64,000 nucleotides of DNA, taken from NCBI RefSeq assembly GCF_000189555.1, contig NC_017276.1; one strand, written 5' to 3'. The stretch comes from Saccharolobus islandicus REY15A. Lineage in GTDB: Archaea; Thermoproteota; Thermoprotei_A; Sulfolobales; Sulfolobaceae. A program made the translations under genes and the position numbers. Position 1 is the stretch's first letter, and every line of letters begins with the position of its first letter. The notes under the pieces are model-generated. The model had not been told where the DNA came from, did no database searches, and saw only the letters and a program-made list of their open reading frames with translations. Shown here piece after piece: positions 1 to 12,156 of this stretch.

Positions 1-1413
1 GTTTTTCTTAGCTGAAAATTGTTCATAGAACACATTAGACCACATGTGAGCGGACATACAAACAAGGTTACAATAAACACCCCTGCCAAATAATGTTGAA
101 AATAATGCAATAACGACTAGGGAAATTACGAAAGGTGCTAAAGTCACGGGAAATATCATACCACTCATTCCGAAAATGTAATAGTTTGTATAGTAAGGGA
201 TCAAAACTACGAATATTGGTATCCCTGCTAGAATACCTAAAGTCCACGCCTTTAAATATCTTGTCTTAACCTTCTTAAACCTCTCATAAACTAAATAACT
301 CATCTCAGTGCCCATCATTATTACGTAAAATGGGGCCATGGTAGTTGTCATTATAGTCATGAATGGTACCATCACTAGTTTACCAAGTAAATTGTACTTC
401 ATTATTGTCATAGTAATCATTGTTAAAGGATTAATTGGGAATAACCACCAAAACGGATTATTGAAAGGCGATCTCATCATATGTGAACCTATCATCATCT
501 CGCAGTTCATCGTATTAACGAAGAGTGAGTTAGTCAGATTAAACCCTAATACACTCTCTCCAAAACCCATTGCCAATTCTGTTAAGTTTACTAATACAAG
601 GAAGAGGAAAGGTTTAGGTGAGATTTTCTTAGCAGGAACATTGTAAAATATCAAAAAGAAGTACCAAACCATTGACGCAATCATAGATAGGGTAAGGAAA
701 TATAAGTTGCTAAGTGAAGCAAAAAAGGTTAAACCGAGCATCATTAGGAGATTGAACAAGGATAGAGAGATCGCAACTAATTGTCCTTGAAATGTTAACA
801 TTCTCATTTCTGTTAAGTATAACAACACGATGTTTACTATCATAAAAAGTGAGGTCAAAATTGACATTATGAACTCAAGCATTCTATCCATCAAATAAAG
901 GGAGGGCATGAAAGCCATGGAAATGGCAAATGTGGTTACGGCGAACTCCATAATGCTTCTTCTCCTCAATATATAGAGGAAGAAAATCGCATCACCTAAC
1001 ATCATGGCACCATAGGCTGGATTATTAACCGCGGTAAGTAAAGGATTAGGTAAGGGACTGAAGTAATTACCATAAAGATAACCCATTGCTAACTCATCGA
1101 AAACTATAACCGATGATAATAATAACCCATATTTCCAATTTCTATTAACGTTAATACTATGGTCCTTTATTAGGAATGATATAAACAGAGGTATCAATAC
1201 TAGAAGCATTCCAGATATGAAAAGTAATACATTAAGCTGAGCTAACGCTAAACTTTCCAAACCCATTATCAATACTATCGAAAGAATTATTAACAAACCC
1301 TTAACCCTTACGTATTCTCTTCTTAAAATCAAACCAAATATCCAAAAATCAATTGTCATCATTATAATAATGTAAACAAGAGAGAACAACTTGAGTATAG
1401 TCTCATATTCCAT
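1..1413 (-). CDS. Polytopic membrane 4Fe-4S protein (NapH/CcoG/FoxG-like); 3' end runs off the window
   Basis: Not in the ORF track because there is no stop in the window. Manual translation from ATG at 1413 (MEYETILKLFSLVYIIIMM...) stays open to base 1, with many hydrophobic helices and GRGVYCNLVCMSAHM, which resembles the GRxxCxxxC motif of NapH/CcoG-type FeS membrane proteins. Confidence 0.75.
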   Translation of the reverse strand, partial: MEYETILKLFSLVYIIIMMTIDFWIFGLILRREYVRVKGLLIILSIVLIMGLESLALAQLNVLLFISGMLLVLIPLFISFLIKDHSINVNRNWKYGLLLSSVIVFDELAMGYLYGNYFSPLPNPLLTAVNNPAYGAMMLGDAIFFLYILRRRSIMEFAVTTFAISMAFMPSLYLMDRMLEFIMSILTSLFMIVNIVLLYLTEMRMLTFQGQLVAISLSLFNLLMMLGLTFFASLSNLYFLTLSMIASMVWYFFLIFYNVPAKKISPKPFLFLVLVNLTELAMGFGESVLGFNLTNSLFVNTMNCEMMIGSHMMRSPFNNPFWWLFPINPLTMITMTIMKYNLLGKLVMVPFMTIMTTTMAPFYVIMMGTEMSYLVYERFKKVKTRYLKAWTLGILAGIPIFVVLIPYYTNYYIFGMSGMIFPVTLAPFVISLVVIALFSTLFGRGVYCNLVCMSAHMWSNVFYEQFSAKKN

Positions 1414-1688
1414 ATGGTCTATTCAAGTTTCAAAAATTTAAATTTTACTTGAAATAACATTGGAAAAATAATATTATAGTACTATTTTTCACTTTTAAGC
1501 AATTTAGCATCAAAATAAATCTAATGTATGAATTAAATTTCCTACATTAATGACGTCTGATCAATTTAATCTTTTATGTGAAATTTAATTTATATGGATA
1601 ATTCAATTTTTTAAGAATTTTCGATCTAATGGTCTTATTTAATTATTGTAATTATCGTTTTTCTCATTTTTTCTAAGAATTTTTAAGT

Positions 1689-4600
1689 ATGAACTACGAT
1701 AGTAACATAATGGTAGAAAATAAAGGTCTTAGACTGAATAGAAGGGACTTCTTGAAAGCTTCTGCTGCAGCCGGTCTTGTCATGGGGCTTGGTTATTTTG
1801 CATCAAAATATAATTTTAACATATTCGTCACACGGGATGCCGTAAATGATGAAGAGTTACAACCGGGTTGGCAGTATTCCTATGTACCCAGTATATGCGC
1901 GTTTTGTTCGTCAACTTGTGACATTTTAGTGGAAACTGAATATAAAAATGGTTATATGAGAGCTCTCGAAATCGATGGTAATCCCCTTTCACCTCTAAAT
2001 GAGGGTAAAGTTTGCCCTAGAGGAAGAGCTGGGATTTTCAGAACTTACAATGTAGATAGGCTTAAGACACCACTAATTAGAACTGGTCCAAAAGGTACTT
2101 GGAGTTTTAGAGAGGCCACTTGGGAGGAGGCAATTAATTACATAATGCAGAACATAAAACAATTGAATCCACAACCATACGAATTCCTTTTAATTGGTGG
2201 TGGAATACCATGTGCAAATTATAAGCCCTATTTCATTCCGTTTACTCTAGGTACACAAATACCTAATATAAATGGTACTCCGATGCAAACGTGCCTATTT
2301 AGTGATCAAGTGCCAATAGGTTTCGTAATAGGTGGATTCGATCTACATGCCACTGATATGATGGATGATATGACGTATTCCTCTTTAATAGTTGCGTGGG
2401 GTACCAGTGGAATCCCTGCAGGAATATTCGTAAATAGGGCAATAAGGTATGCAAAAGGTATAGAAAACGGTGCCTATGTTATAGCAATCGATCCCAGGAT
2501 GTCTGAAGCCGCATCTAAGGCTAATCTATGGATTCCAGCAAAACCTGGTTCTGATCTTTATATTGCCATGGCTATTATTAACTACTTAATCCAAAATAAC
2601 TATTATGATGACGAATTTGTAAGGTATTACACTAATGCTCCCTTCTTAGCCTATAAAGAAAACGATGTTGTTAAATTACTAGAGGAAGATTATGATGATG
2701 GTACTGTAAAGGCATATTACGTTTACGATGAGATAAGTGGGCAAATTGTAGAGGTACCACCGTTTACAAATACTAATAAATACGACGTTAATGGTAATTT
2801 TATCAAACCAGCATTAAACGCTCCTCAAGGTTTAACTTATAATGGTAAACAAGTACAAACAGTATTCCAATTCCTAGCACAAAAAGTTAGTAATTATACG
2901 CTCGAATACGCGGCTCAAGTTGCAGACGTTCCCCTATCACAACTTCAAGAGTTAGCATTTAGAATTGCAACAATGAAACCAATGACGATAATTACCGGGT
3001 TAAAAGGTTTCTTCAACGATCAAGCTGTACAATTTAGAAAAGCTTACGCAACTATAATGGCGTTAACTGGTAACATAGACATTAGAGGAGGTTGGGTATA
3101 CTCTGCAGTTTATAGAGAAGGTATTAAGAAAGTGGTAAATGCTTATAATAACATGGTCAGTAGTGGGAAGACGAAGCCTGGTATATTATTACAAAGGCCT
3201 GAGGTATTGGAACAACTACCAGTCAATGAATTACCAGGAGCTTTCTTCGCCATGTTTCCTATCATATATGTTTATAACAACCCTTCATTCTGGATAACTG
3301 GTGTTCCAGCACTTAGCTATGCCTATAATCAAGTTCTAAAGCAACAAGGGAAGAAACCAGCTGGAGCTTATACGTTATTTGAAGAATCGGGATCATATGC
3401 CGCAATTAAGGGACAAGTTACTTGGAATGGCCAACCCTATAAACCTAAAGTTGCAATGTCCTATGGAGGTTCACCATTTAACTTCAAATGGGATGAGTAT
3501 AAACAAGTGTTGGAGACCACATTCTACATTATGATAGATATACTACCGACAGAGGCTAGTTTATATGCAGATGTGATTTTACCGGATGTAACTTATCTAG
3601 AAAGAGATGAATTCTTCTGGGATGATGGCCCAGCCATGGATAGGGCAATTAGGGGCAGATGGCAAACAATACCAGTGTTATGGCCTAATACCGCAAATGG
3701 TTTGGATTTATTCATAATGTTTGCGTACATGTTAAATCCACAAGCTGGAGACGCCTATATACAATGGATGGCTAGGTTCGCTGGGGTACCTTTAGATATA
3801 TTAAAGTCAGTTATACAACAAGAGATGCCCAATTATCAACAATATTTAATGAAGAATAACGGTTATCCACCATGGGGTAGTTTCACAGCTAAAGCGTGGA
3901 GAGAGGCTCAACTTAGCGTATTGTCAGAGGAACTAAACATGCCTAAAGAGCAAATATTGCAAACCTTAAGAAATAATGGTGTGATTGTAATTAAGATTGT
4001 TGATGATTATTTTGCAAACCATGAAAGAATACCATGGGACTTACCAGCTGCAACTCCAACTGGTAGAATTGAGATATATTCAACTATATTATACTATTAC
4101 GTTATACAGAATTATGGATATGACCCAGTATGGGATCCAATAATAGCTGAAATACCACCAAATTGGAATGGAGGTTATGCAGTTGAAGATGGCGTTTATC
4201 ACTCACCACCAACGCCATATAACGATCCAACGTTTAAACCAACACTACCAGAACTCTTCTTCATAGAGTATAAGATCCCACAATTCGCTTACACGTCTAG
4301 CGCTGACAATCCGCTGTTGATGGCTATTACTTCTAATAGTTATCATAAAGATATCTTAATGAGGGCTTGGATAAATCCAACTACTGCAGCACAATTAGGA
4401 ATTAACGAAGGAGATTGGATCGCTATCGAAAGATGGAAATTACCAAACCCAGATGGTAGCATACCTAAACTAATTGTTAGGGCCCATTTGACTCAGTGGA
4501 TAAGACCAGATACAATAGGAGTACCAGAGCCTTTTGGTCAAAGGAACCCAGCATTAACTACTGCAACCAAAGCTGTAAACGAGTTTGGCAATCAGCCAGT

Positions 4601-4841
4601 ATCAGTAATGTGGGCACCAGGTAGAAATCCTTTAGGTGGTTATCACATGAATGAACAATTCACTGTTAGGGTTAGAAAAGCGACGTCTGATGAGATTCAA
4701 GCTGCAACACAATTGGCAAGTGTGCAAACTCCAGACACATTACCTTCACAGCAAGCTAAAGTTACCACTCCTAACAATTCCGCTTCTCAAAATGATTGGC
4801 AACAATACGTCTCATACGGTAATGTTTCCACATTAGGGTGA
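1689..4841 (+). CDS. sreA: Molybdopterin oxidoreductase catalytic subunit, sulfur/polysulfide reductase SreA-like
   Basis: Twin-arginine signal RRDFLK; N-terminal FeS motif CAFCSSTC...KVCPRG; bis-MGD family segments ([44 protein letters not shown]); gene order matches sreABCDE. Confidence 0.85.
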   Translation: MNYDSNIMVENKGLRLNRRDFLKASAAAGLVMGLGYFASKYNFNIFVTRDAVNDEELQPGWQYSYVPSICAFCSSTCDILVETEYKNGYMRALEIDGNPLSPLNEGKVCPRGRAGIFRTYNVDRLKTPLIRTGPKGTWSFREATWEEAINYIMQNIKQLNPQPYEFLLIGGGIPCANYKPYFIPFTLGTQIPNINGTPMQTCLFSDQVPIGFVIGGFDLHATDMMDDMTYSSLIVAWGTSGIPAGIFVNRAIRYAKGIENGAYVIAIDPRMSEAASKANLWIPAKPGSDLYIAMAIINYLIQNNYYDDEFVRYYTNAPFLAYKENDVVKLLEEDYDDGTVKAYYVYDEISGQIVEVPPFTNTNKYDVNGNFIKPALNAPQGLTYNGKQVQTVFQFLAQKVSNYTLEYAAQVADVPLSQLQELAFRIATMKPMTIITGLKGFFNDQAVQFRKAYATIMALTGNIDIRGGWVYSAVYREGIKKVVNAYNNMVSSGKTKPGILLQRPEVLEQLPVNELPGAFFAMFPIIYVYNNPSFWITGVPALSYAYNQVLKQQGKKPAGAYTLFEESGSYAAIKGQVTWNGQPYKPKVAMSYGGSPFNFKWDEYKQVLETTFYIMIDILPTEASLYADVILPDVTYLERDEFFWDDGPAMDRAIRGRWQTIPVLWPNTANGLDLFIMFAYMLNPQAGDAYIQWMARFAGVPLDILKSVIQQEMPNYQQYLMKNNGYPPWGSFTAKAWREAQLSVLSEELNMPKEQILQTLRNNGVIVIKIVDDYFANHERIPWDLPAATPTGRIEIYSTILYYYVIQNYGYDPVWDPIIAEIPPNWNGGYAVEDGVYHSPPTPYNDPTFKPTLPELFFIEYKIPQFAYTSSADNPLLMAITSNSYHKDILMRAWINPTTAAQLGINEGDWIAIERWKLPNPDGSIPKLIVRAHLTQWIRPDTIGVPEPFGQRNPALTTATKAVNEFGNQPVSVMWAPGRNPLGGYHMNEQFTVRVRKATSDEIQAATQLASVQTPDTLPSQQAKVTTPNNSASQNDWQQYVSYGNVSTLG

Positions 4842-4847
4842 TCCCTC

Positions 4848-5534
4848 ATGTCCACACAAGTTTCAAACCCATATATGCAATTTGGGAATACTCAACCTTG
4901 TAAACACTGGGGATTCGTGGTTAAGGTAGACCAATGTCTAGGCTGTGATGCTTGTGTTGCTGCGTGTACAATAGAGAATCAAACGCCATTCTGGCGAGGT
5001 CTATTTAGAACTCATGTTGAAGATCTAGAATTAGGAGAATATCCCAACACTCAGAGAGTCTTCGTACCTAGATTGTGTATGCAATGTGAAAACCCACCAT
5101 GTTATTATGTATGTCCAACTGGCGCTACCCAAATTGTTGCTGGAGGTATTGTAGTGGTTGACGAGTATAAATGTATGGGATGTCTTTACTGTGTTGAGGC
5201 ATGTCCATATGGTGCTAGATACTTCTACACTTACGAGGATATTGAGAAGTCCAAGGAGTATTTTGGATTGAATTCAATTCACGTGGTTCCTCACGTAGAT
5301 AAATGTACTTTCTGCTACGGTACAGCCCCAGAAGGCACTTATACTCCTGCATGTGTAAGAACTTGTCCGGGTCATGCCAGAGTATTTGGGTGTCTTGATG
5401 ATCCTAATAGTGAGGTTAGTATATTAGTTAATACTGGGCAAGCAGTAGTGTTGAATCCGGAATTAAACGTTCAACCTAAAGTTTTTTACGTGTTTAATAG
5501 GCAGTTGGGTAGGGGAGGAGGTGGTAACTCATGA
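4848..5534 (+). CDS. sreB: 4Fe-4S electron-transfer subunit (SreB/DmsB-like)
   Basis: [42 protein letters not shown]...PACVRTCP motifs. Confidence 0.9.
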   Translation: MSTQVSNPYMQFGNTQPCKHWGFVVKVDQCLGCDACVAACTIENQTPFWRGLFRTHVEDLELGEYPNTQRVFVPRLCMQCENPPCYYVCPTGATQIVAGGIVVVDEYKCMGCLYCVEACPYGARYFYTYEDIEKSKEYFGLNSIHVVPHVDKCTFCYGTAPEGTYTPACVRTCPGHARVFGCLDDPNSEVSILVNTGQAVVLNPELNVQPKVFYVFNRQLGRGGGGNS

Positions 5535-6826
5535 ATAAATTCCTATTAGCTTGGACTATAATATTCATAATAATTGGAGGAGGGATATTACTTTACGGTA
5601 TGAGCTTTAATCCCATATCATGGGCTAATGGCCTAGTGACATTTACTGAGCCTAATGACGAGCCAATACCTTGGGGACTTTTAGTAATTGGCTATATGTT
5701 TTTCGGAGTTATAGGTACTGGCGTTAGCACTTACAATTCACTATATGAACTGTTTAATAAGAATCATCCAGAAAAGAATCCGTTTAAGAATATCTCATTA
5801 AGAAACGAGTGGATAGCACTAGCTGTACTAATACCGGGCTGGATTATGGTCTTTGCATCAACTTATAAGCCTGGAGAAGCTGTCTATATTTACACGAGCT
5901 TTAGAGATACCTCAAGAATAGCTTGGAACGGTTTATTGTACGCACTTGTGGGTATTGGTATAATTCTAGAAATACTAGCATTAATAGGGGAGAAGAGAAG
6001 GGAATATAAGGACCCTATTAGTAGACTCTTGGCTTGGCTATCATCTAAATCAGTATTGATATTAATAGTTGGCTATGCAATACTAATGGAGTTAATACTG
6101 GATGCGAACTTAGGCTCAGTATTCGGTTACTTATCAACATGGGTCTACGAGTTCGGTCCATTCATGTCAATGTTATTCGTCATATTATCATTCTATTCCG
6201 GTATTGCGATGCTATCATTTATGACTCCGTTATATAATAGATTTAGAAAAGTTAAGGAAGATCCAAATAGTTTGAGTATACATGAAATGTATAAAATACT
6301 AGGAAGAGACGGTGTATTAGCTACGATAGCAGTAGGTTTTTCACTACTGTGGTGGTTATGGTTAACAGCAACGAATCAGCAAACTTCAGCTTGGGCAGAG
6401 CTTATGATTTCTGGGCCATATAGTGTAGTCTTTCTAATAGGTGGAGTACTAGTTGGTGTGATAATTCCAATAATCCTTTACGGGCTTGTATATAAGAGGG
6501 GAAGTAGCCATATGTTAGTAACATCTTCGATATTCACATTACTTGGAATGTTCTCGATAATTACGATTGCTGATATCATACCTCAATCAATAACGTGGTA
6601 TTATTCAGTCTCACCAATATCTCCATCAAATTCCAACTGGGTTTACGAATTGCGCAGTATTTTCAATAACGGTCCATCGTGGACATACCTGCCATTTAAT
6701 ATATCGTTCTACGATATAGTGTTCTTCATTGGCTCAGTACTACTATTACTTGGGATTTACACATTGGGCGTAATACTATTACCATTAGAAGAAGATGAAA
6801 AGCCAAGACACCTTATATTCAAGTGA
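5531..6826 (+). CDS. sreC: NrfD/PsrC-type membrane anchor (SreC-like)
   Basis: Multiple TM helices, [12 protein letters not shown] segment, 4-bp overlap with the sreB stop. Confidence 0.8.
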   Translation: MNKFLLAWTIIFIIIGGGILLYGMSFNPISWANGLVTFTEPNDEPIPWGLLVIGYMFFGVIGTGVSTYNSLYELFNKNHPEKNPFKNISLRNEWIALAVLIPGWIMVFASTYKPGEAVYIYTSFRDTSRIAWNGLLYALVGIGIILEILALIGEKRREYKDPISRLLAWLSSKSVLILIVGYAILMELILDANLGSVFGYLSTWVYEFGPFMSMLFVILSFYSGIAMLSFMTPLYNRFRKVKEDPNSLSIHEMYKILGRDGVLATIAVGFSLLWWLWLTATNQQTSAWAELMISGPYSVVFLIGGVLVGVIIPIILYGLVYKRGSSHMLVTSSIFTLLGMFSIITIADIIPQSITWYYSVSPISPSNSNWVYELRSIFNNGPSWTYLPFNISFYDIVFFIGSVLLLLGIYTLGVILLPLEEDEKPRHLIFK

Positions 6827-6832
6827 AGTCAT

Positions 6833-8200
6833 ATGACATCCCTTTTTTATTCACCCCTTATTAAATACCGAGTAGATGTTTTGCCCTCATCTGAGTTGAA
6901 AAAGGAAAACATTAATACCAAAGCCTTAGTCGTTATAGGAGATGGAATTGATAGGGAAAAAATTTCAGAAGATCTAGAGTTAAACCCCTTGCTGGTAAGA
7001 ATAGTTGACAAGGATAGTAGTAAGGAAGAGGTAGAATACAACAAAGTAGTTCTAGAAAATGCCTGGCTAGCAGATTTAGCTCCAGTTGAAGAGATAAAGT
7101 CCATTGATAGACGAAGTCTTTTACGCGGAGAAGTAAAAAGGGCTAAAAAGGTTGACAAGCCAATTTACCTTAGCGAATATTGTAATGGCTTATATAAGGC
7201 ATGTAATGTATGTGAGTTTTCATGTCCTTACAACGCTATTAAAGTTGATAAGAAAACTGGAGTAAATATTGATTACATAAAATGTACATCTTGTGGTCTA
7301 TGCGTAGCTTCATGCCCAGTTAGTGCTATACAATTTCCATCACTTTCCCAAAATTCGATTTTTGAATTAGCAAAGGTAAAAGGGGAAAAGAGGATTACAT
7401 GCTATAAAAATACTAAAAATAGAGGAGTCAAGATACCTTGTTTAGCAATGCTATCGGAGGTAGATATAGTATTATTGAAAAGCAGTGGGAATTTAACCTT
7501 TGAATGTCCAGGGTGTGAATTTCAAGATAATCTAAAGCATTTCATTGAAGTGATCAAGGAATATAACGAGAGAATAGGAGGAATCAGCTTTTATTCCCCA
7601 TATGAAAAAATTGAGGCAAAAGAGACAAAGGAACTAAATACTACTCCACAGTCATTTTACAATAGGGCTGAGGCTAGAAGGAACATAAGTGATGAATTGC
7701 CATACATATTATTTGAGGTGAGTATTGATAATAACAGATGTACTTTATGTGAAAGCTGCGTTAATTGGTGCCCCACATCAGCACTAAAGCTCAGAAGGGA
7801 TAGTGGAGTGGAAGAAATAGACTTTGATCCCAAAAGATGTATAGGCTGTAATTTGTGTGTCAATGTTTGCCCAGAATCGTGCAAATTAGAAGAAGGTAAA
7901 ACAAGTGAGATTCCTCCAAATATAGCATCTCTTACTAAGGTTATTAAGGTGGAAAAGAGTAAAAGCGTTAACAAAGAGGTAAGGAAATTAGTGGGCGATG
8001 AATTAGTGAGATGCAGAGTTTGTGGAGCACCAATAGGTTCGAGGAAAAGTCTTAATCATGTTAAGAAAATAATGATTGAAAAGGGGGCTTCGTGTGAAGA
8101 TGAGTGGTTGGAGAGATGCCCTAAGCATAGGGTAGAGTACGCGTTTCAGAAACAATTTTCATTTAATGCAAGATTTAAACCTAGAGGTGATCTAAGATGA
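6833..8200 (+). CDS. sreD: Polyferredoxin (SreD-like)
   Basis: Several CxxCxxCxxxCP motifs ([36 protein letters not shown]). Confidence 0.8.
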   Translation: MTSLFYSPLIKYRVDVLPSSELKKENINTKALVVIGDGIDREKISEDLELNPLLVRIVDKDSSKEEVEYNKVVLENAWLADLAPVEEIKSIDRRSLLRGEVKRAKKVDKPIYLSEYCNGLYKACNVCEFSCPYNAIKVDKKTGVNIDYIKCTSCGLCVASCPVSAIQFPSLSQNSIFELAKVKGEKRITCYKNTKNRGVKIPCLAMLSEVDIVLLKSSGNLTFECPGCEFQDNLKHFIEVIKEYNERIGGISFYSPYEKIEAKETKELNTTPQSFYNRAEARRNISDELPYILFEVSIDNNRCTLCESCVNWCPTSALKLRRDSGVEEIDFDPKRCIGCNLCVNVCPESCKLEEGKTSEIPPNIASLTKVIKVEKSKSVNKEVRKLVGDELVRCRVCGAPIGSRKSLNHVKKIMIEKGASCEDEWLERCPKHRVEYAFQKQFSFNARFKPRGDLR

Positions 8201-8739
8201 AGTCTCTCTCTACGGATTTCAAGATCTTTTCCTTTTTATTTCTGAGCCCGAGATATATTAAAGACGTTAAAGGGCTTATGGAGGAGATAAAGGATAAGCC
8301 ATATTACAATACATTAAAGCAAATAATCCAATTTACAGAAACTAACTATGATAAGGTAGCTACGGAATTCACTTCATGTTTTATAAATGATTACAAACAC
8401 GTTAACTGCCCACCTTACGAATCGTGGTATAGGGAGAGAACTGTGTATGGCATTTCAGCACAAAGAGTATTAGAAGAGTACATCAAATATGGTATTTATC
8501 CAAAGAAACAACTAGCTGATCACATATCTACGGAATTGGAATTCGTATCATTCCTCTTGTTCGTAGAACAAGAAGACGAAGCTAAAAAGTTTATAAAAGA
8601 ACATATAGTAAGCTGGGTTCCCAAATTAATTGAGGATATTCTAGCAAACAGTAAAGGGGAGTATACAAAACTGTTAGGTTTAGCGCTTAAGCAATTCTTA
8701 GATTATGCAATACAAACTATCTTTGTAGTCAATAGATAG
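8197..8739 (+). CDS. sreE: TorD/DmsD-family molybdoenzyme chaperone (SreE-like)
   Basis: PPYESWY and [11 protein letters not shown] signature motifs. Confidence 0.85.
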   Translation: MKSLSTDFKIFSFLFLSPRYIKDVKGLMEEIKDKPYYNTLKQIIQFTETNYDKVATEFTSCFINDYKHVNCPPYESWYRERTVYGISAQRVLEEYIKYGIYPKKQLADHISTELEFVSFLLFVEQEDEAKKFIKEHIVSWVPKLIEDILANSKGEYTKLLGLALKQFLDYAIQTIFVVNR

Positions 8740-8912
8740 TTCTATTTTCTTTTAAATGTATAATAAATTTTTAACTTTGATTATTTACCTTTTTACAAGA
8801 TTTAAAAAATCCTATTTAAACGATATTACACTTTATTTCTTAATATGTCTAAGCTATTAGGGGTTAAGGATATATCAAGAAATTTCCTTTTATTATCTTT
8901 GAGGAGTAAAAT

Positions 8913-11033
8913 ATGGCCAAAAGAATTTGGGGTGACGTTTGGTCAAACTTAGTATTAGTCGCGACAGTCCTTGTATACGTAGTTTACATTGCGTTAGCTG
9001 GTTATACGTTAACGCATTTACCTCCAGTTCCATCAGTAGTTGAGACCGAAAACGGTACTGTATTATTTACGGGAGGTGAAGTTATAAGCGGAAAGGTATT
9101 AATGCAGAAATATGGATTATTCGATTACGGTAGCTTTTGGGGATTCGGAGGTTATTACGGAACTGATTTTACTGCTCTAGCCTTAAAAGTTATAAATCAA
9201 ACTGCAGATCCACCTACGATAAAGGTAGATGGTCTAGCTTACTCCTCCATAACTGATTCAGAGACAAGTAAATGGATAGTGACCAACGATTACGTAAAAG
9301 CTTACAACACGCTTTACAATGAGCTTTACAATATTTTGTACAACAATTCCTCCAACTATGGACTTAAGCCTAACTTTGTGAGTCCAAACGATTTGAGAAA
9401 TATAACGGCATTTATTTTATGGGGTGCTATGATTTCTTTCCTAGGCTATACTAATGGTTTCCCTTACATGCCTCAACAAACTCAACCATCCGTAAACGTT
9501 AGCCTATCAACGTGGATAATGGTAATCATCCTTTTAGCGGTCTTAGTTTCAATGGTGAGCTACGTTAGTCTAAAAATACTTGACCATTGGAGAGATCCTA
9601 GAATATCTGTCCCCCTTCCTCCACCATCTGCATCACAAAGGATAGGCTTGATAGGAGTATTCTTCGCCTCAGTCCTCGCGGGTGTACAAGGTTTGTTAGG
9701 ATATTTGGCTATGCATTATTACGTAGACCCAGAGGGAATATTAGGTTTAATAAACTTCCTATCTTTTAACGTTACTAGGGCCTTGCACTTAAATATGGCA
9801 GTAGTGTGGATAGCACTTACATGGATTGCCTTTTCAATCTTTGCGTTACCATATCTGGGTGTTCCCTTATCCAGAAAGCTTTCATTTGCAATTTTAGGTT
9901 TAACGCTATTTGCCGGAGTGGGTCTACTTCTAGGAATATTGTTCTCCTATAATCAGTTAATCCCATCACCCTATTGGTTTATTTTCGGTGCTCAAGGAAA
10001 GCCAAATGACGTTGATCAAGGTACCTTCTGGTTGCTCCTAGTTGCTCTAATATTCTTCTTAGCCTCCTCATTATTCTTCAAAGCTTCGAAGTCAACCGCG
10101 GAACCTTTAAGACCACTAACGAGGATTACTGCAATAGGTCTCTTGGGATCTGGAATAGGTGTAATCTTTGGATCATTACCAATAATTGCTCCATGGCCTA
10201 ACTTCACCGAAGACCAGTTCTTCTTATGGATTATGATACATTCGTTCGTTGAGGGATTCTGGCCCTCTATAGTAATACCAGTAATATTAATACTTTTAGT
10301 TGTCAACAATTTAGTACCACCAAGTCTAGCTACGATGGCAGCGAGTATAGATTCCGTTAGCGAAATACTCTCTGGGATGATAGGTACTGCACATCATTAT
10401 TATTTTGGAGGTGAACCGTTATTCTGGATGTACTTGGGAGCATCAGCATCCATATTAGAGGTTATCCCTATTTTCTTCTTAACTTATTACGCAATTTTGC
10501 TAGGGAGAAGAGGTGAAATTAAGACCGAATTTCAAAAGACGTTAGTAACTACCACCTTAATCTCAGCTATTGGAGGGGGATTTGTAGGAGCGATTATTGG
10601 TGGGGCTTCAATATTAAACGCTCCAATGATAAACTATTACGTCCATGGGCTACAATTTACCATGGCTCACGCGCATTTAGCATTCCCACTAGTATGGGGT
10701 TTAACTGCTATTCTAATGTGGATTGCTGCATTGTATTTGTCCGGTGGGATTAAAGAAAACGAGCTAAAGACGTTGAGAATTATGATACTGATTTACGCTA
10801 TTGGTTTCATACTGCAAGGAATAGACTTATGGACATTAGGGGCTGTTCAACTAGCTACAGTTTTAAGGACAGGTTACTGGGCGGCTAAAGGTACACTATT
10901 CTATCTACTATCTATTCCAGATTTAATAGCGTGGCTTAGAATGATTGGTGATGTAGTTGCGGGTTTCGCTGCTGCCGTAATTATAATTTACACGCTCAAG
11001 GGTGTAATTAAATCTTACAAGATCAAAATATAA
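8913..11033 (+). CDS. norB: Quinol-dependent nitric oxide reductase (qNOR, heme-copper oxidase superfamily)
   Basis: GSFWGFGGYYGTDFTA N-terminal motif; His ligand motifs RALHLN, HSFVEG, GTAHHYY, AHAHLAF; many TM helices. Confidence 0.85.
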   Translation: MAKRIWGDVWSNLVLVATVLVYVVYIALAGYTLTHLPPVPSVVETENGTVLFTGGEVISGKVLMQKYGLFDYGSFWGFGGYYGTDFTALALKVINQTADPPTIKVDGLAYSSITDSETSKWIVTNDYVKAYNTLYNELYNILYNNSSNYGLKPNFVSPNDLRNITAFILWGAMISFLGYTNGFPYMPQQTQPSVNVSLSTWIMVIILLAVLVSMVSYVSLKILDHWRDPRISVPLPPPSASQRIGLIGVFFASVLAGVQGLLGYLAMHYYVDPEGILGLINFLSFNVTRALHLNMAVVWIALTWIAFSIFALPYLGVPLSRKLSFAILGLTLFAGVGLLLGILFSYNQLIPSPYWFIFGAQGKPNDVDQGTFWLLLVALIFFLASSLFFKASKSTAEPLRPLTRITAIGLLGSGIGVIFGSLPIIAPWPNFTEDQFFLWIMIHSFVEGFWPSIVIPVILILLVVNNLVPPSLATMAASIDSVSEILSGMIGTAHHYYFGGEPLFWMYLGASASILEVIPIFFLTYYAILLGRRGEIKTEFQKTLVTTTLISAIGGGFVGAIIGGASILNAPMINYYVHGLQFTMAHAHLAFPLVWGLTAILMWIAALYLSGGIKENELKTLRIMILIYAIGFILQGIDLWTLGAVQLATVLRTGYWAAKGTLFYLLSIPDLIAWLRMIGDVVAGFAAAVIIIYTLKGVIKSYKIKI

Positions 11034-11346
11034 AAGGTAAATTACTTTTTTTAAAAAAAACTCTTTTAGTTCATATTTTGAGTTATCACCTTTCATAAGG
11101 TCGCTTTTCCCAGTTAAATCTCTAAGATATACGTTTTTCCAATGAATATCGTCAAATGCGGTTTATCTATTATTTGTTTTTGAAAAAGCTTCTACTATTA
11201 GCTGCTCTGAGAAGTTCATTAATGATGTTAAGTAGTCAGACATTCTTTCCACCTTAGGTTGTAAAGGAATTTATGTTAACTGAAAGGTTTTAGAAGGAAG
11301 AAGGGATAAAACTTGATAAAGACGTGCTTTGACTCAAATTAACTCT

Positions 11347-11733
11347 CTACTTCTTATTGCAATCCTCGTTTAACGTGATTATGCTCATATCATCTGGATA
11401 ATCAATTATACAGAAGAACTCCAATTGATCACTCTCATTAATAATTGCGTGTTTCACGTTAGAGTTTATAAAAATGTAGTCACCCTCCTTTAACTCATAA
11501 ACTTTATCGCTCACACAAACCTTACATTTCCCCTTAGTTACAACAACAGTCTCCTGGTACTTGTGGATATGCATTGGTATAATTCCATCCCTCAATAGGG
11601 TGAATTTTCTTACAGCGTAGTTAGAATCATTTTCTTTAGTAACTAACCATTGAATGAACGCGTTTTTAGAACCATTGACTAGCACCCTATCCATTTTTAC
11701 TTCCTTGATATTCGAAACAAAATAATCAACCAT
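11347..11733 (-). CDS. Cupin-domain protein
   Basis: [16 protein letters not shown] and [11 protein letters not shown] cupin motifs. Confidence 0.8.
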   Translation of the reverse strand: MVDYFVSNIKEVKMDRVLVNGSKNAFIQWLVTKENDSNYAVRKFTLLRDGIIPMHIHKYQETVVVTKGKCKVCVSDKVYELKEGDYIFINSNVKHAIINESDQLEFFCIIDYPDDMSIITLNEDCNKK

Positions 11734-11763
11734 AGGTAAAAATAAAGATTGTAATTAAAAAAT

Positions 11764-12156
11764 CTAACGATATCTCATAAAACAATATAAGTAACCTACA
11801 AGCATTGAGGTTAAAGCTAAGGAAAACTCAAACCCGTAAAGCATTACTTTTGTGAGCCACTCGTAGTCTGTTAACAAGTAACTCAAACCACCAAATCCAG
11901 CTATTCCAATGGATACCAAATTGCCTAAACCAATGAATTTGGGGAATAATAAACCAGTCTTGTTAGCTAACATATAAAGGTAAATTCCAAAACCTCCAGT
12001 GATTCCAGCAAAGATAATGTGAAGTATCAAGATACTAGTTGACAAAGTGTCTTGAACAGTATCATACATTGCCCTAACTAGCCCAAATGAGAATGCCAAA
12101 AACATTATGATGATACTAAAAATTGAATATTTATAGATCTCTCGCATATTCGCCAA
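11764..12156 (-). CDS. Small membrane protein, unknown function
   Basis: About four hydrophobic segments; overlaps the upstream gene, operon-like. Confidence 0.6.
   Translation of the reverse strand: MANMREIYKYSIFSIIIMFLAFSFGLVRAMYDTVQDTLSTSILILHIIFAGITGGFGIYLYMLANKTGLLFPKFIGLGNLVSIGIAGFGGLSYLLTDYEWLTKVMLYGFEFSLALTSMLVGYLYCFMRYR

Noticed and set aside
338-646. 102-aa + strand ORF
   Set aside because: Antisense shadow of the membrane FeS gene at 1-1413.
11023-11243. Minus-strand frame MSDYLTSLMNFSEQLIVEAF...(stop)...AFDDIHWKNVYL with an SD-like GGTGGA
   Set aside because: Internal stop after 26 codons and no recognisable family; possibly a decayed gene but not supportable.
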